Source: Octopus sinensis (Eukaryota). Taken from it: a stretch of DNA of 64,000 nt. The DNA lies in NCBI RefSeq assembly GCF_006345805.1, contig NC_043004.1, positions 96,224,001-96,288,000 of the forward strand. The letters are read 5' to 3'. Below, in pieces: positions 36,022 to 49,907 of the stretch (within the stretch, counting starts at the first letter, position 1; the number at the start of each line of letters is the position of its first letter). The notes beneath the pieces are model-generated. The model was not told the origin of the DNA. It made no database searches and saw nothing but the letters and a program-made list of their open reading frames with translations. The position numbers and the translations under genes are program-made.

Positions 36022-36248
36022 TATAACCTCTTTGGTCATGAATAACCATGGGATTTCACCTAGAGAGTTCTCTTCCAAACCACAAGTCCAGGTAAGGTTG
36101 GTTTTAGAAAACCAGCAGTTACCCATGCGTGCCAGTCTCCTCTCTCCGCCCCACCATTGTTAGCCAAGGGAAGGGCAAATGCCAATATGACTTGGTACCA
36201 GTGACATTGCAACTCATTTCAACAGTTGAGTGAACTGGAGCAACATCA
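36022..36248 (-). mobile_element. SINE-E-type body with tail 3 (5'-truncated)
   Basis: Minus strand TTGCTCCAGTTCACTCAAC, then a tail shared with 58628-58795. Confidence 0.65.
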
Positions 36249-36253
36249 AGATC

Positions 36254-36671
36254 TACTCTTTTTACTCTTTTACTCTGTTACTTGTTTCAGTCATTTGACT
36301 GCGGCCATGCTGGAGCACCACCTTTAGTCGAGCAACTCGACTCCGGGACTTATTCTTTTTGTAAGCCCAGTACTTATTCTATCGGTCTCTTTTTGCCGAA
36401 CCGCTAAGTGACGGGGACGTAAACACACCAGCATCGGTTGTCAAGCAATGCTAGGGGAACAAACACAGACACACAAACACACACACATATATATATATAT
36501 ACATATATACGACGGGCTTCTTTCAGTTTCCGTCTACCAAATCCACTCACAAGGCTTTGGTCGACCCGGGGCTATAGCAGAAGACACTTGACCAAGATAC
36601 CACGCAGTGGGATTGAACCCGGAACCATGTGGTTGGTTAGCAAGCTACTTATCACAGCCACTCCTGCACCT
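36254..36671 (-). mobile_element. SINE-A, full length, young
   Basis: Very close to the 9607 copy. Confidence 0.92.
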
Positions 36672-36714
36672 ACTGTTAATAAACACCTCATATATATATC
36701 TTATAACTTTTATC

Positions 36715-37265
36715 TTATTTTCAGCCAATAGACTGTGGTTATGCAGAGTGCCACCTTGAAGTGCTTAGGTGAACAAATCAACCCCAGCACTTTTCCTTTT
36801 GTTAAATGTTGGTACTTATTTTATCAACCAGTTTTGCTGAACCACTAAGTTATGGGGGAGGTAAATAAAAATCAACAGTAGTTGTGAAGCAGTGGTGGGG
36901 AACAAACAAAAACACGAAGACATACATAGATATATAAACATACATGTATGTGTGTGTATGTGTGCGCGTGTGTGTACATGTCTGTGTGTGTAGGCATGTG
37001 ACTGGGTGAGATGATGTATGTTATTTCATGCAGCTCCATTCGACTCTGAGCAAAAATGAATAATCCTGAAACTAACTGGCTTGACAAGGAACCTTGGTCG
37101 ATTTTAATATAATATATATTACCAGTTTCTGTTTTCTAAAGCTACCCACCAGGCTTTGGCCTAGCCTGGGGCTATAACAGAAGACGCTTGGCCTAAATGC
37201 CATACAGTAGGACCGAACTTGGATTCATTTGGTTGAGGAGCAAACTTGTTATCACACAGCCACGT
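36715..37265 (-). mobile_element. Decayed SINE-A pieces
   Basis: 3' part 36715-36910; 5' part 37140-37265. Confidence 0.55.
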
Positions 37266-38217
37266 CTAATCACATACACACACAAACACACATACACACA
37301 CACATTGATAGATAGATAAATAGATAGATATACATACATACATGCATGCATACAAACATACATATATACATTGACACACACACATGTATGTATGTATGTA
37401 TAGTAACCATGTGTGCATGGCACTATGTACTATAATGTATAGTATATAAGTATTCTGGTGCTATTGAATTAAACATTGTATAGGCCACCTCTGGCCAACA
37501 TTTACTTAAGTAATGTTGTATATATGTGTATATACATTAGTATCAAAGTAAAATTACTTTAGTTGGTCTGCCGTTGTGAGGGGGATGTTTCCGACAACTT
37601 CCCCTCATGATGGCATATCCCCTAAAGTAATTTTACTTTTATATCGATAAATACAATTTTTGTTGATACATACCTCCACCAGTCTCCCTGGATTCTTTTT
37701 TCTAAGTGCATGCATTTATTTATATACACACATATATATATGTATGCTTATACATAACAAAGCAAAGCAAGAAGACTTGATATAATGAATATTAAACAGC
37801 ATACATTTGTAAACAGCAATTCAAAGGCTTAAAAACACAATGAACTTGTTTACGGAAATTGAATTATATATCTCATTTTTAGTAGGGATATGTGCTGCTA
37901 TTTCACCACAAAGACTTCGTATAAACATATTTTTTGTAGTAATTTTTTTTCAAATTAAGCTGTGAATGTTTTTTTATCTGTAGTACTAAATACATTTACA
38001 TTAAAATTCATAGCTATTAATTCATATTTTATGCATACATTTCGTGTCTCTTTTCACCAAATGAATGATGGCTGTAATGTTATACGAGATATTGTTAGGA
38101 CTAAAAGCTTACTCTGCCTTACTAAGAGGTAAAAATAAATTCACAAATTCTAGTTGAAACATATTTCATAGTGTCATTCACCATTTGTAGATAACTTGAG
38201 TATAGTGTATGGCAGCA

Positions 38218-38340
38218 AGATGGCAGAACTGTTAACATGCCAAGCAAAATGGTTAGCAGCATTTCATCCATCTTTTTATTCTGAGTTCAAATTCTGGTGA
38301 GGTCAACTTCACTCTTCATCCTTTCAAAGATGATAAAATA
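38218..38340 (+). mobile_element. SINE-C fragment
   Basis: TGGCAGAACTGTTA...GAGTTCAAATTC. Confidence 0.7.
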
Positions 38341-38404
38341 ATATAGATAGATAGATATACATACATACTTATATGCCCACATATTTATATATATATATAT
38401 ATTC

Positions 38405-38604
38405 TGTGCAGGTGGCACATAAAAAGCACCCACTACACTCGCGGAGTGGTTGGCGTTAGGAAGGGCATCCAGCTGTAGAAACACTGCCAGATCAGACTGG
38501 AGCCTGGTGCAGCCCCTGGCTTCCCAGATCCCGGTTTAACCGTCCAACCTGTGCTAGCGCGGAAAACGGACGTTAAACGATGATGATGATGATGATGATG
38601 ATGA
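38405..38604 (+). mobile_element. Family B 3' fragment, young
   Basis: GGAAGGGCATCCAGCTGTAG...GGACGTTAAACGATGATG. Confidence 0.85.
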
Positions 38605-38990
38605 TCTATTATATAAAATCCATTCTGTCTGTCTGTGTGTGTGTCTTCTAGAATCTCGAGCATCCTCCATCTGATTGCGCTCAAAATTGATATGTAGATA
38701 CCAACGGTATCAGGTTGCGTATAAGTCTTGAAAAGATTACAAAAATCGATTCCAGATGAGAAAGCGATCGATAAAGCCGTGGGAACGTGCATTTGTACGT
38801 GCGAGTACATCAGCTGTTGCAATCTATACAATGCATATGCGAGAAAAATGCATGTGCACTTTGCACAAAAAAAGCCGGAGAGCTTGAAATAATGTCACAG
38901 AATGCAGTATATTTAAGAGGCCAAAAAAGTAAGGTGCAAAAGAGATATTTTCTTCAAACTTGGCATGAAGGAAGGAAAGACTATTTGGTT
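38605..38990 (+). mobile_element. Possible Helitron 5' fragment (family H2)
   Basis: A|TCTATTATATAAAATCCATTCTGTCTGTC start resembles the H1 5' end; CpG-rich body; no 3' end found. Confidence 0.4.
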
Positions 38991-39156
38991 TCTCAAGAAG
39001 TTTCTTTTTTTTGCCTTAACTTCGTTTAACAAAACCAAAAATTTTATTGAAATAAAGGCATGCTTAATTATTTTTTAATGAAAAGAAAACACTGATTGCT
39101 TTTTATTCAGCAGATATGATTCAGCACTGCCCATTGGGCATGGGGCATTTTGCTCG

Positions 39157-39191
<35 letters not shown>

Positions 39192-39240
39192 GTGTGTATA
39201 TATATATATGTGTGTGTGTGTATATATATATATATATTCA

Positions 39241-39608
39241 TAGGCGCATGGTTCTGGGTTCAGTCCCACTGCATGGAATCTTGGGCAAGTGTCTTCTGCT
39301 ATAGCCCCGGGCCGACCAATGCCGTGTGAGTGGATTTGGTAGATGGAAACTAAAAGAAGCCTGTCGTATATATGTATATATATATGTGTATGTGTTTGTG
39401 TGTCTGTGTTTGTCCCCCTAGCATTGCTTGACAACCGATGCTGGTGTGTTTACGTCCCCGTCACTTAGCGGTTCGTCAAAAGAGACCAATAGAATGAGTA
39501 CTAGGCTTACAAAGAATAAGTCCCGGGGTCGATTTGCTCAACTAAAAGGCGGTGCTCCAGCATGGCCGCAGTCAAATGACTGAAACAAGTAACAGAGTAA
39601 AAGAGAGT
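39241..39608 (+). mobile_element. SINE-A with deleted head
   Basis: Body and tail intact. Confidence 0.85.
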
Positions 39609-39821
39609 ATATATATATATGATATTCATATATATGTATCATAGACTGTTCTGTCATCAGACAATGTATGAGGGGTTTAGCAAATTCTTGCCAAACAAAC
39701 ACACAGGTTATTTGTTTATAGTGACCAATTGTTTGTGTTGACATAAGCTCACTCCCTCCATCAAATCAACACTACCTGTACATGTACACCATGTGCCACA
39801 TGTCAGTTGACAAAAGGATCA

Positions 39822-39940
39822 CAGAGCAATGTGAAATGAAGTGCTTTGCTCAAGAACACAATGCAACACCCAGCCTGGGAATTGAAACCACAATCTTGCA
39901 ATTGTAAATGCAACACTCCGACCACTAAGCCACGCACCTT
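39822..39940 (-). mobile_element. SINE-E head fragment
   Basis: Minus strand GTGGCTTAGTGGTCGG...GTTTCAATTCCC...GTTCTTGAGCAAAGCAC. Confidence 0.7.
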
Positions 39941-40067
39941 CATATATATAGTCAAGTATATATAGTCAAGTATATATATATATATAGATATTGATATTGA
40001 TATATACACACAGATGCACACACACACACATATACAGACATACATACATATACATATAAATATATAT

Positions 40068-40127
<60 letters not shown>

Positions 40128-40247
40128 AAAACATATATACGAACATACATATATATATATATGTATGTTTGTATATATGTTTGTGTATGTATATATATAT
40201 ATATTTATATGTATATGTATGTCTGTATATATATATGTGTGTGTGCA

Positions 40248-40282
<35 letters not shown>

Positions 40283-40469
40283 TCTCTTATTCTTTTATTT
40301 GTTTTAGTTATTTGACTGTGGCCATGCTGCAGCACTGCCTTTAGTCAAAAAAATTGACCGCAGGATGTGCTGCTGGGAATCGAACTCATAGTCATATGAT
40401 TGTAAATCCAATAGCCTACCTGCTAAACCATGCACCTTCACACCTCTGACTAAGTAATCTGAAATATAA

Positions 40470-41362
40470 TAGAGTCTTCAAATTGTTGTCCACACATATA
40501 TATTGCAGGATAGTATTTGCCCTTAATACTTCGTCTATTTCATTTTTGGATTTGGTTTGCAAGATTCCTTATATGAGTTCGTGTATTGAAGCATATTCTG
40601 TTGTGTCTGGGGAGAGTCATTTTCTTTTTGCACCTTATAATGTAACACACTCATTTCCACTTATTTCTTATTGTTTTTATTTTCCTAAAATTTTCATTGC
40701 GTCTTGCAACCTTTTCAATAGTCTATTCATATCAGGAAGATAAAATTGATTTGATGCTTTTCTTTTTTCTACACCTTCACAACTGTACCAGCATCACAGC
40801 CTCAACAATGACTATTATTACTGGCAGACTTGGTAGAACTTTTGTTATAGTAATTTTTTCTCTTAAATAGTGCTTAGCTTTTCTTAAACTACTATAGCTG
40901 GTGCAATCCAGCATTTTACTTCTTTTAATTGCATATCTTCTTAATTGCATATCTTCTGTTAATGTTCTTCCCAATATGTATAATTTCATCATCTTTTTTA
41001 GTGTCTCCCCAGCCAATCCAATTAGATTGTCTGTTTTCTTTATTATTATTATTTTACTTTTTATCCACAATTATTTCTATTCACCATCTTTATGCAGTTG
41101 TCTCAAGAAGTATTGTTAAACCTCTAAGTTCTTCCTCATTCTGTTATCATAAGCTCAATATCATAAGCAAAATCAAGATTAGTGACATACCTGCCTAATT
41201 CTCTAACATTTCCTTCAAAAGACTCTAGGTCTTCCATCATCATGCACTTTAGAAACACAATGAAATAAAATTGGTGAAAGGAGAACATCTTTATCTGACA
41301 CCAGCTTCCATCTTAGACCACTTGCCAAGTTAACACCTGACCAAAACCAGATTTGTTTTGTA
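40470..41362 (-). pseudogene. Decayed RTE-like LINE reverse transcriptase
   Basis: Minus frames give LLSPILF (GVRQG..LSP.LF region) and VTNLDFAYDI (NLRFADDI); many stops. Confidence 0.5.
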
Positions 41363-41794
41363 TGTGTAGCAGCACAAGCAGTCAGTGCTGTATTGGATGA
41401 GATCTCGCGGCAGTCATTGCCATCTCTGAGACTGGAACGAGACCTCACCTGCATCCATTTGCCATGTGCGAGATCACAATGATGCTCGCGATGGCAAACT
41501 GTATATAAGGGCAAAACATATTGAGATTCTTTCTCTCTTTTGCCACCTCTTCTTTCCACCTTTTAGCAGCAGTGCTTGCTGAGCACACTCCATTGGCTGG
41601 GCCTGTCTGTATGTTATACCTCCAGAGGCAATGTGCCCGTAATAACAGAGCTACTACACAATTCACACAGTTAAAGATGGTTGCCGAGGGCAGCACACTT
41701 CACCTTATCCTGTGAAACTTGTAAATAAACCAGTTGTAAATTGCATTTGTACATGAAGTCTTCTCTCTTCACCTGCCGAAGCCTGAACTACACA
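41363..41794 (+). mobile_element. Probable solo LTR
   Basis: TGTGTAG...CTACACA termini, TATATAAG near 41503, AATAAA near 41726; no TSD found. Confidence 0.5.
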
Positions 41795-41985
41795 AAGAAC
41801 AAAAGGAGATAATGGAAGAAGGCGATATTTTCCCGATATCATAAACTTTACCATCCATTATATATGTCCACATAAATGACTTCATAGAATTTTGTTACTA
41901 GCAGGTTGTTGTTGTTATATTAGTTTTAAAAGAAGCTGCCGTGTCTCGTGCTGCATAAGGTGGAAAGTGTTTTTAAAAGCAATGA

Positions 41986-42820
41986 AGTCACTATCAAAGT
42001 CTGCAATCAGACCTAGACACAATGCAGCAATGGATCACAGACTGGCAACTGAAAGTGGCTGTGGACAAGTGTACCACCATGCATTTTGGGAGAAAAAACC
42101 CTGCGTCCACATACTCCCTCCACAGCACTGATATCAAGAAATCCTCTTGCGAGCGTGACCTAGGCATCACTGTCAGCAGTGATTTGCGTTGGACAAAGCA
42201 TATCTCTAAAATTGTCAAGAAGGCCGAGGGTGTCTTGGCATCACTCAGCAAGACTTTTGTTAGCCGCTCTCCAGCCATCTATTTAAAACTGTATACAGCT
42301 ATGGTACGACCACACTTGGAATTCGCATCATCAGTTTGGAATCCCTATCTTGCTCAGAACATTGACCTCCTGGAATCTGTCCAGAGACGTGCAACCAAAC
42401 GCATACCCTCCATCAGACACCTACCATATTCTGAGCGCCTTGTTTCCCTGGGCATGGATTCACTGAAGCTCCGGCGTCTGGCGACGGACTTGGTAAACAC
42501 CCACAAGGTTATCAACCACCTCACCAACAACAACACTGAACACCTTTTTGATCTCCATGTGTCTAACACACGTGGACATGCCTACAAAGTCAGAAAACAA
42601 CACAGCTCCCATGACTTTCGGAAACATTTTTTCACGCTCAGGGTTGCTGAAGCGTGGAATAAACTGCCTGCATCAGTTGTTGACTGCCATGACACTGCAT
42701 CCTTTAAGGCCCTCATGCTTTCCGAAATCCGCCGAAACTACACCTGATTATATATACACTTTAGATGAGTTGTAGTGCACCTGAGCACTGTACACAATTA
42801 TTATTATTATTATTATTTTA
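41986..42820 (+). mobile_element. 5'-truncated CR1-like LINE with (ATT)n tail
   Basis: ORF2 C-terminus and short 3'UTR. Confidence 0.9.
42022..42747 (+). pseudogene. CR1-like ORF2 C-terminal fragment (open 241 codons)
   Basis: DKCTTMHFG, ERDLGITVSSDLRWTKHI, RPHLEFASSVWNPY, ESVQRRATK, KHFFTLRVAEAWNKLP; starts downstream of the YADD motif. Confidence 0.9.
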
Positions 42821-42867
42821 TAATATTGCACATATTTTTCTGTTAGAATTTTTATTACAAATTTCTG

Positions 42868-43266
42868 CACAAGGCCAGCAATGTCAGGGGAGGGGCTAAG
42901 TTGATTGCATCAACACCAGTACTGAAAAGGTACAGGTTTTATTGTCCCCAAAAGAATGAAAGGCAAAGTCAACCTCAGCAGAATTTAAACTCAGAACGTA
43001 AAGACAGACAAGATGCCACTAAGCATTTTGCCCAGTGTGTTAACAGTTCTGCCAACTCACTGCCTTATTTTATTGTTAGAATATTGGTGTCAAATTTTAG
43101 CACAAGGCCAGCAATTTTGGGGCTGGGGTTAAGTCGATTACATTGACCCCAATACTCAACTGGTACTTATTTTATTAACTCTGAAGGGATAAAAGGCCAA
43201 GTCAGCCTCGGCAGAATTTGAACTAAATATTTTGCCCAGCAGGCTAACAATTCTGCCCATTCACAA
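42868..43266 (-). mobile_element. Two adjacent SINE-C copies
   Basis: Reverse complements of the central block and tail occur twice. Confidence 0.7.
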
Positions 43267-43439
43267 CTTTATTTTTCTGTTAGAATATTAACATTGCAAA
43301 TCTGTTCAACACTATTGTATTAAGAACCATGAATTTTACTTCAACAAAGTATGGAGCTACACAAGAGCAAGAATGAAAAATATAAGAAGAAGAACAACAA
43401 AAACAAGAGCAACAGAAACAACAACAACAGCAGCAGTTG

Positions 43440-43800
43440 CAGTGGAGACGCAATGGCCCAATGGTTTGGGCAGTGGACTCGCAGTTTCGATTCCCAGACT
43501 GGACATTGTATGTGTTTATTGAGCGAAAACACCTAAAGCTCCACGAGGCTCTGGCAGGGGGTAGTGGCGACCCCTGTTGTACTCTTTCGCTCCAACTTTC
43601 TCTCACTTTTTCTTCCTGTTTCTTGTCCCCGACTTCCTACACAGCTGCTGAGCCTGGATACGCATTAATCCATCCGTCGATGCACTCAGTGCCGGGGGTT
43701 GAGCTGCTTTCTCTTCTGTGTGTCTTACGAATAGCAAAGGACCACGTTTCGAAATTCTCCCATCTTGTGAGCTCTGGGACGAAGACTGTTTGCTCAACAG
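43440..43800 (+). mobile_element. SINE-D with tail 3 and 15-bp TSD
   Basis: TSD CAACAGCAGCAGTTG at 43425-43439 and 43801-43815. Confidence 0.88.
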
Positions 43801-43960
43801 CAACAGCAGCAGTTGTAACAGTAACAACAACAGTAGCAGCATCCACAGCCCCAGAAGAAAGAGCCTACCAATTCATGCAGAGTATAAACATGCATTGAAA
43901 AAGACATAACTAAGCACTGCAAGGCATTATATCTTAATGAATATGATAATTTTTTCCATC

Positions 43961-44387
43961 AGGCGCAAGAATGGCTGTGTGGTAAGTAGCTTGCTTACCA
44001 ACCACGTGGTTCCAGGTTCATTCCCACTGCATGGTACCTTGGGCAAGTGTCTTCTACTATAGCATCGGGCTGACCAAAGCCTTGTGAGTGGATTTGGTAG
44101 ACGGAAACTGAAAGAAGCCCATTGTATATATGTATATATATATTTATATATATGTATGTGTGTGTATATGTTTGTGTGTCTGTGTTTGTCCTCCCAACAT
44201 TGTTTGACAACAGATGTTGGTGTGTTTATGTCCCTGTAACTTAGCAGTTTGGCAAAAGAGACCGATAGAATAAGTAGTAGGCTTCCAAAGAATAAGTCCT
44301 GGAGTCGATTTGCTCGAATAAACACGGTGCTCCAGCATGGCCGCTGTCAAATGACTGAAACAAGTAAAAGAAAAAAGAGAAAGAGAA
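43961..44387 (+). mobile_element. SINE-A, full length
   Basis: Head, body, tail. Confidence 0.9.
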
Positions 44388-44530
44388 TATGCACAAGGTC
44401 TGAGTTTAGTGGGTAGAGGTTTTGTCGATTGAATCAACTCCAGTACTTGACTGTAGTATTTTAGTCTATCAATTACCAGAGGCAATGAAAAACCAGAACC
44501 AAATCGTCGCATATTCAATTATATAGCAAA

Positions 44531-44848
44531 GGTACATGGCCTAGTAGTTAGGAGTATTCAGATCACAATCATGAGGTTGTGAGTTCGATTTCCAATAGCA
44601 CGTCGTGTCCTTGAGCAAAACACTTTATTTCATGTTGCTCCAGTTCACCAGCCGGCAAAAATGAGTAGTGCCTGTAGGGTGATCCTTGTCACATTCTGTA
44701 TCATGCTGAATCTCCCTGATAACCATGTTAAGGGTACACATGCTGGTGGAGTGCTCAGCTATCTGTACACTAATTTCACAAGCAGGCTGTTCCGTTGATC
44801 GGATCAAATGAAACCCCTCATCATCGTTATAACTGACGAACTGCCAGT
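44531..44848 (+). mobile_element. SINE-E-type head with the SINE-D tail 1
   Basis: Head like 1137; 44680-44848 aligns to 25375-25525. Confidence 0.75.
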
Positions 44849-45209
44849 GTGTATGAGTGTGTTATTTAAATAAATGGCCAGAGATTGATAAGTAGTCTGA
44901 AATTAGATTGTATGATGTTGATGTGTTCTTCAGTTAGCTTAAGCCAAGATTTGATACTAGGTCAAAGACACTATTGGCAGCTTAGTTGTACTCTAAGCCT
45001 GTGCAGTAGCAACAACATAAAAGTCTTTTAATGATATATTTAACTTCCTTTAGCTATATTTACCTACCCTGAGCTAACATCTGTGTCTGAAACCTTTTCT
45101 ATTTTCCTATTTTTATTTAACACATCACCACTTCATCAGCTTTTCCTGACAGTAATCTTAAATGTAGCATTAAACTGAGGGAATACTCTGAGCTTTTCAT
45201 AAATGTGTG

Positions 45210-45221
45210 CATGTGCATATA

Positions 45222-45259
<38 letters not shown>

Positions 45260-45472
45260 TATACATTTGTGTATGCTGATGTAAATGCAAATATATATAT
45301 ATATATATATATGTATACATATATGCTAATATAAAAATATGTGTTTACATATGTACATGTATACATAGGTATGTACATATATGTGCGTATATATATATAT
45401 ATATATATACATCATCTTCATCATCATCAAACGTTTGTTTTACATGCTGACACACACATATATATGTGTGCA

Positions 45473-45544
<72 letters not shown>

Positions 45545-45736
45545 CACATACATACATACATATATACACATACATACACACACAAACATAAATGCATATA
45601 TATACACACACACATATCATGCTACCATATAAAATGGAAGTTAAAGGATGATGATGATGATATATCTGTATATATACATATAAACACAAACATGCACACA
45701 CATATATGTACATATACGTGTGTGTGTATATGTGTA

Positions 45737-45781
<45 letters not shown>

Positions 45782-46492
45782 AATTATATGTATGTATGTA
45801 TAATTATATGTATGCATGTATATATGTATATATATATATATATATATATACATATATACATATATATATATATGCATATATATAAACATATAGGTGTGTG
45901 TGTGTATATATGTTCATCTACATAAATCTTTATATACAAACATGCACACACATAAAACCAATAATATTAGAAATACTTAATGTTTTTGTATGCCTAAATA
46001 TATAAATATTTATGTATCTAAGTAAACAGACAGGTAGATGAGAGTGTGTATATGGCTACAACTGTATTTACTTCATATGAACATGTGTCAGTGTATATAA
46101 GTAAGGTAAATTGTTTGAGTGTTTGCATGTGTATTTACACATATGTGTATAGTTGTGTGTATGTATATGCATATATATGTATATACACCTGTGTGTGTGT
46201 GTGTGTGTTCGAGGGTGTACATGTGTGCATGCACATATCTATATATATTTATGTCTATATATATATAATCTATTTCTTTACATACATGCACACACACACA
46301 CATATATATATATGTATACACACACGCACACATGCACACATTTATACACATGCACACACACATATATGTATGTATATTGTGTATATGTGTATGTATGCAG
46401 GGTGTATGTGTGTAATTTTGTATGCATTACTGTTTTACAATCGCATACTAAAACATAAACTTGGAAAACGGATGTGATGATGATGTTGTTGT

Positions 46493-46530
<38 letters not shown>
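45210..46530. repeat. Large compound (TA)n/(TG)n/(GAT)n microsatellite block
   Basis: Direct inspection. Confidence 0.9.
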
Positions 46531-47479
46531 CTGGATATGTTTCCTTCCTCTTCTGTGTTTTTGTTATTTATTTCTGCTCCACTCTTCCTCTTTATCTTTC
46601 ATTTTTTCCCTCCAATTCTCATTTCACTTCACGAACCTCACAAACAAAACAAATCTTTGCATTGGGTAAATAAAAGCGAAAAGATTTTGCCAGGAACTAA
46701 AATAAAGGAACTTCTCGAATCATGATCATCATCACTATTATCATGATTTTCCTCATCATCACCACTGACGTCCATCTTCTACACCAGCTTCCAGCTTTTT
46801 GCTTTATTTTGTTTTATTACTCTTTTTTTTTTTTGGTAACTGTTATTATTTAGCTTAAATCTTTTTATGTTTTCATGTTGATTATGCTACTGTGCAACTG
46901 ACAGTGTTTTGTTAGCTCACAATACTTGGTCTGAAGCTTTGGCATTCTATCATGTAGGAAATATGTTTTTCCCCAGTACGCCAGGCATTATTTCTTCAGT
47001 AATGGCCTGTAATTATAATACAAATGAACAACTCTTCAGATGAAGTGTTCAAAACTTAAATATAAAAGCCAGTACATCTCTTTCCATCGCTTTCATCTAT
47101 TTGTTGTTATGAAGTAAGAGAATAATTAGGTAGATACATATAATTTAAGAATTTGAGAGAACTTTAACTTTGAAAAAAGTTACCAAAAAGAGATCAGTGC
47201 TTCAAAACCAACCAATTTATGTATGTGGGAATATAAAAAGAAGCAAATTCTAATGATGACAGTGAGATGGTAGTTCTGATGTCATCATCTCAAAGACTTA
47301 ATCTTCACCAGATACCAAATATTAGCAACACTCTTCATCTCCCAAAAGAGCTTATCAATTCTTTTCTGCATTGACAGCCTCTCAATACTGGCAATAATGC
47401 ATCACTTGATTTTTCATTCTTTTCTCTCTATTTATTTTAGTAGTAGTTTTAGTGGTATGCCTAACAAAAAACCCTTAGT

Positions 47480-47910
47480 TCAACACAATCATTTTAGGTT
47501 GCATTGACAAAATTCCATCTGGTGCAAGCATTCAGATCAGAACTGTCTTCTTACCTGTTCTTCCTATCAGCATTTTTTGCTGGCTATGGTCCCATTAATC
47601 ACATCAGACTGTGAAGGGCTTGCAGAAGTCATGAGCACTAAATAACATAGCAAAAACTATCTATACTTGCTGAAAAATGTAAAATCTGTAGCCAAAAGTG
47701 TGAGGTATTGAGAGATACTGAAAGGAGACGAGTTGGCCCACCACATATTTTGTGTTACAAACAGAAAACAGAGGACAAACAGATATGGACATGACCAAAG
47801 AAGATAGCCAACCCTGAAAATATGTAGGAGTAGTTAGTAAGCCAGACGATTGGGTACTGGGTTTCCCACAGCAATAAAAACTGGTAGTGGAGTAGAAGAA
47901 AAAAAAATGA
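47480..47910 (+). pseudogene. Possible decayed piggyBac-like transposase
   Basis: PKKIANPENM*E*LVSQTIGYWVSHSNKNW*W loosely resembles P..I..YN..MGGVD..DQ....Y....R.KKWW; weak. Confidence 0.3.
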
Positions 47911-48785
47911 AGACAGATTATTGAAAGTTACTATCACTCCCTTATTTTATATTTTTATAGTTTTGTTTTTATTATTTCCCAATTTATCTTTTGTTCTTCA
48001 CAAAATTTTGGTAGAATGCTCTCCACAGTCTGATGCCCAGAGCTCTTCATTCAAAACTGTTACTAAAACCAAAAATATATTTGTGTTCTGATAAAATCAT
48101 AGACTAAAGATTTAACCATTAAGAATTACTGTTTTCACAAACAGTTGGAAAGTTTGCCAAGTTTATTTATTTTCAGAAAATGTTTATTGTCCAATAATGA
48201 GAGATATTGGTTGTCATGTCTAGAGGCAATTTAAGTAAAAATCTGAATTTTTATATTCCTTCATGATGTGTGGTCAACGGACAATGTGAGAATTAAACAG
48301 TGGTCAGCAGAATCTTCAGCTGGCAAGTGTCCAGTTGACTACTAAATACAGACTAGTCACAGTGAACTGTAAAATTTGGAAATCAACAAAACTGTTATGC
48401 GAAGTTGAGGTGGTGCGTAATGGGTAGTTTCTATAAGTTGAAATATGATCGTTCAATGTTGAATGAGAAACTAAAACAAAAAAAATTAAAAAATAAAACA
48501 AAATTAAAGCAAAAAATAAACAGAAACAAACAAACAAACAAAATCTTTAATAGGCACTTCACGTCATCACACTCCACTCTGCTATTATTTTGAGACTGAA
48601 AACAGTGAATAAAATATTGTGATATGATTAGATAAACTGTATTCTGAGAATTAACAACTCGTGGACATACTTTCTCATGTAGGGACATACGGTCACACAC
48701 ATGGATATTCATAGACGTATAGGCACATATAGATACTCAGTCACATACAGACATAAGAACGCACGCACATACACAGTATTCTCAT

Positions 48786-48816
<31 letters not shown>

Positions 48817-49872
48817 CACACACAAACATACATGGATATATACACATGAATACATGCACACAACCTCACACATGGACACACACATGTACAAAGATTCAGG
48901 AACACACACAGATATACCCACTCATGGACACTTCTTATGCAGACATGGATACAAACACACACACACACACATACAGATGCATACATGCACACAGATGGAC
49001 ATAGTTTCACACACAGACACTTAGTCACAAAACAAATATAGGCACATTCATTCAGACACACACATAAAAATAATCAATTAATTTACTAGCTAATGAGGGG
49101 AGTTTTTTTTTTGTGTCATTTAGCCTCCTAGAAATAGCAGCCAAATCTCTCTCAAATACAAACCTCCCACCATACAACAAAGGGATAGATACATTAGACA
49201 ATTTAATTATAAATATACACAATTAAGTGATGGTCACGGTTGGAATGTCTTTTCATCATTGGTCTGATCCATTGCAGGTGATATAGGGCTAGACCCTCAT
49301 TTAACTACATTCAATCAATATTTATTTATGTGTATCACATAAATGTGACACATATTATCTGATGATTTATCATCCGACACACCAATTAACTAATGATTAG
49401 TCCTGATAAATTAAAGAAAATACATCACCAAACTTTGCCCCATGATGGGATTTCATTTCAACATCATTACTACAAATCACCTGTCAGCTAAACAGAGCTG
49501 TGTTCAGTATTATCAGCAGAAGAATAACTTATTAGTTTAACCACCTCCAAATACTATCAACTCTTTTCTCTTTCTTTTATACATTTTATAGCTTACTTAA
49601 TTGTGGTGGTCATATTCGGGTGCCTGAAATTCGCATTCAATATTTATGTGTTTATAGGCACTAGCATGGCTGTGTTGTTAATAAATTTGTTTCATGATAA
49701 CATGGTTTCAGGTTCAATCTTAGTGAAGTGTCTTCTATGATAACCCTGATCTAACCAACAACTTGAATGAATTTAGTTGATGGAAATCGTAAAGCAGCCT
49801 GTCATACATACATACACACACACTCACACACACACATACATACATAAATACATACATACATACATACATACA

Positions 49873-49907
<35 letters not shown>

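Noticed and set aside
43437-43898. 153-aa ORF
   Set aside because: Spans SINE-D tail 3 and its (CAA/CAG)n flank; repeat-derived.
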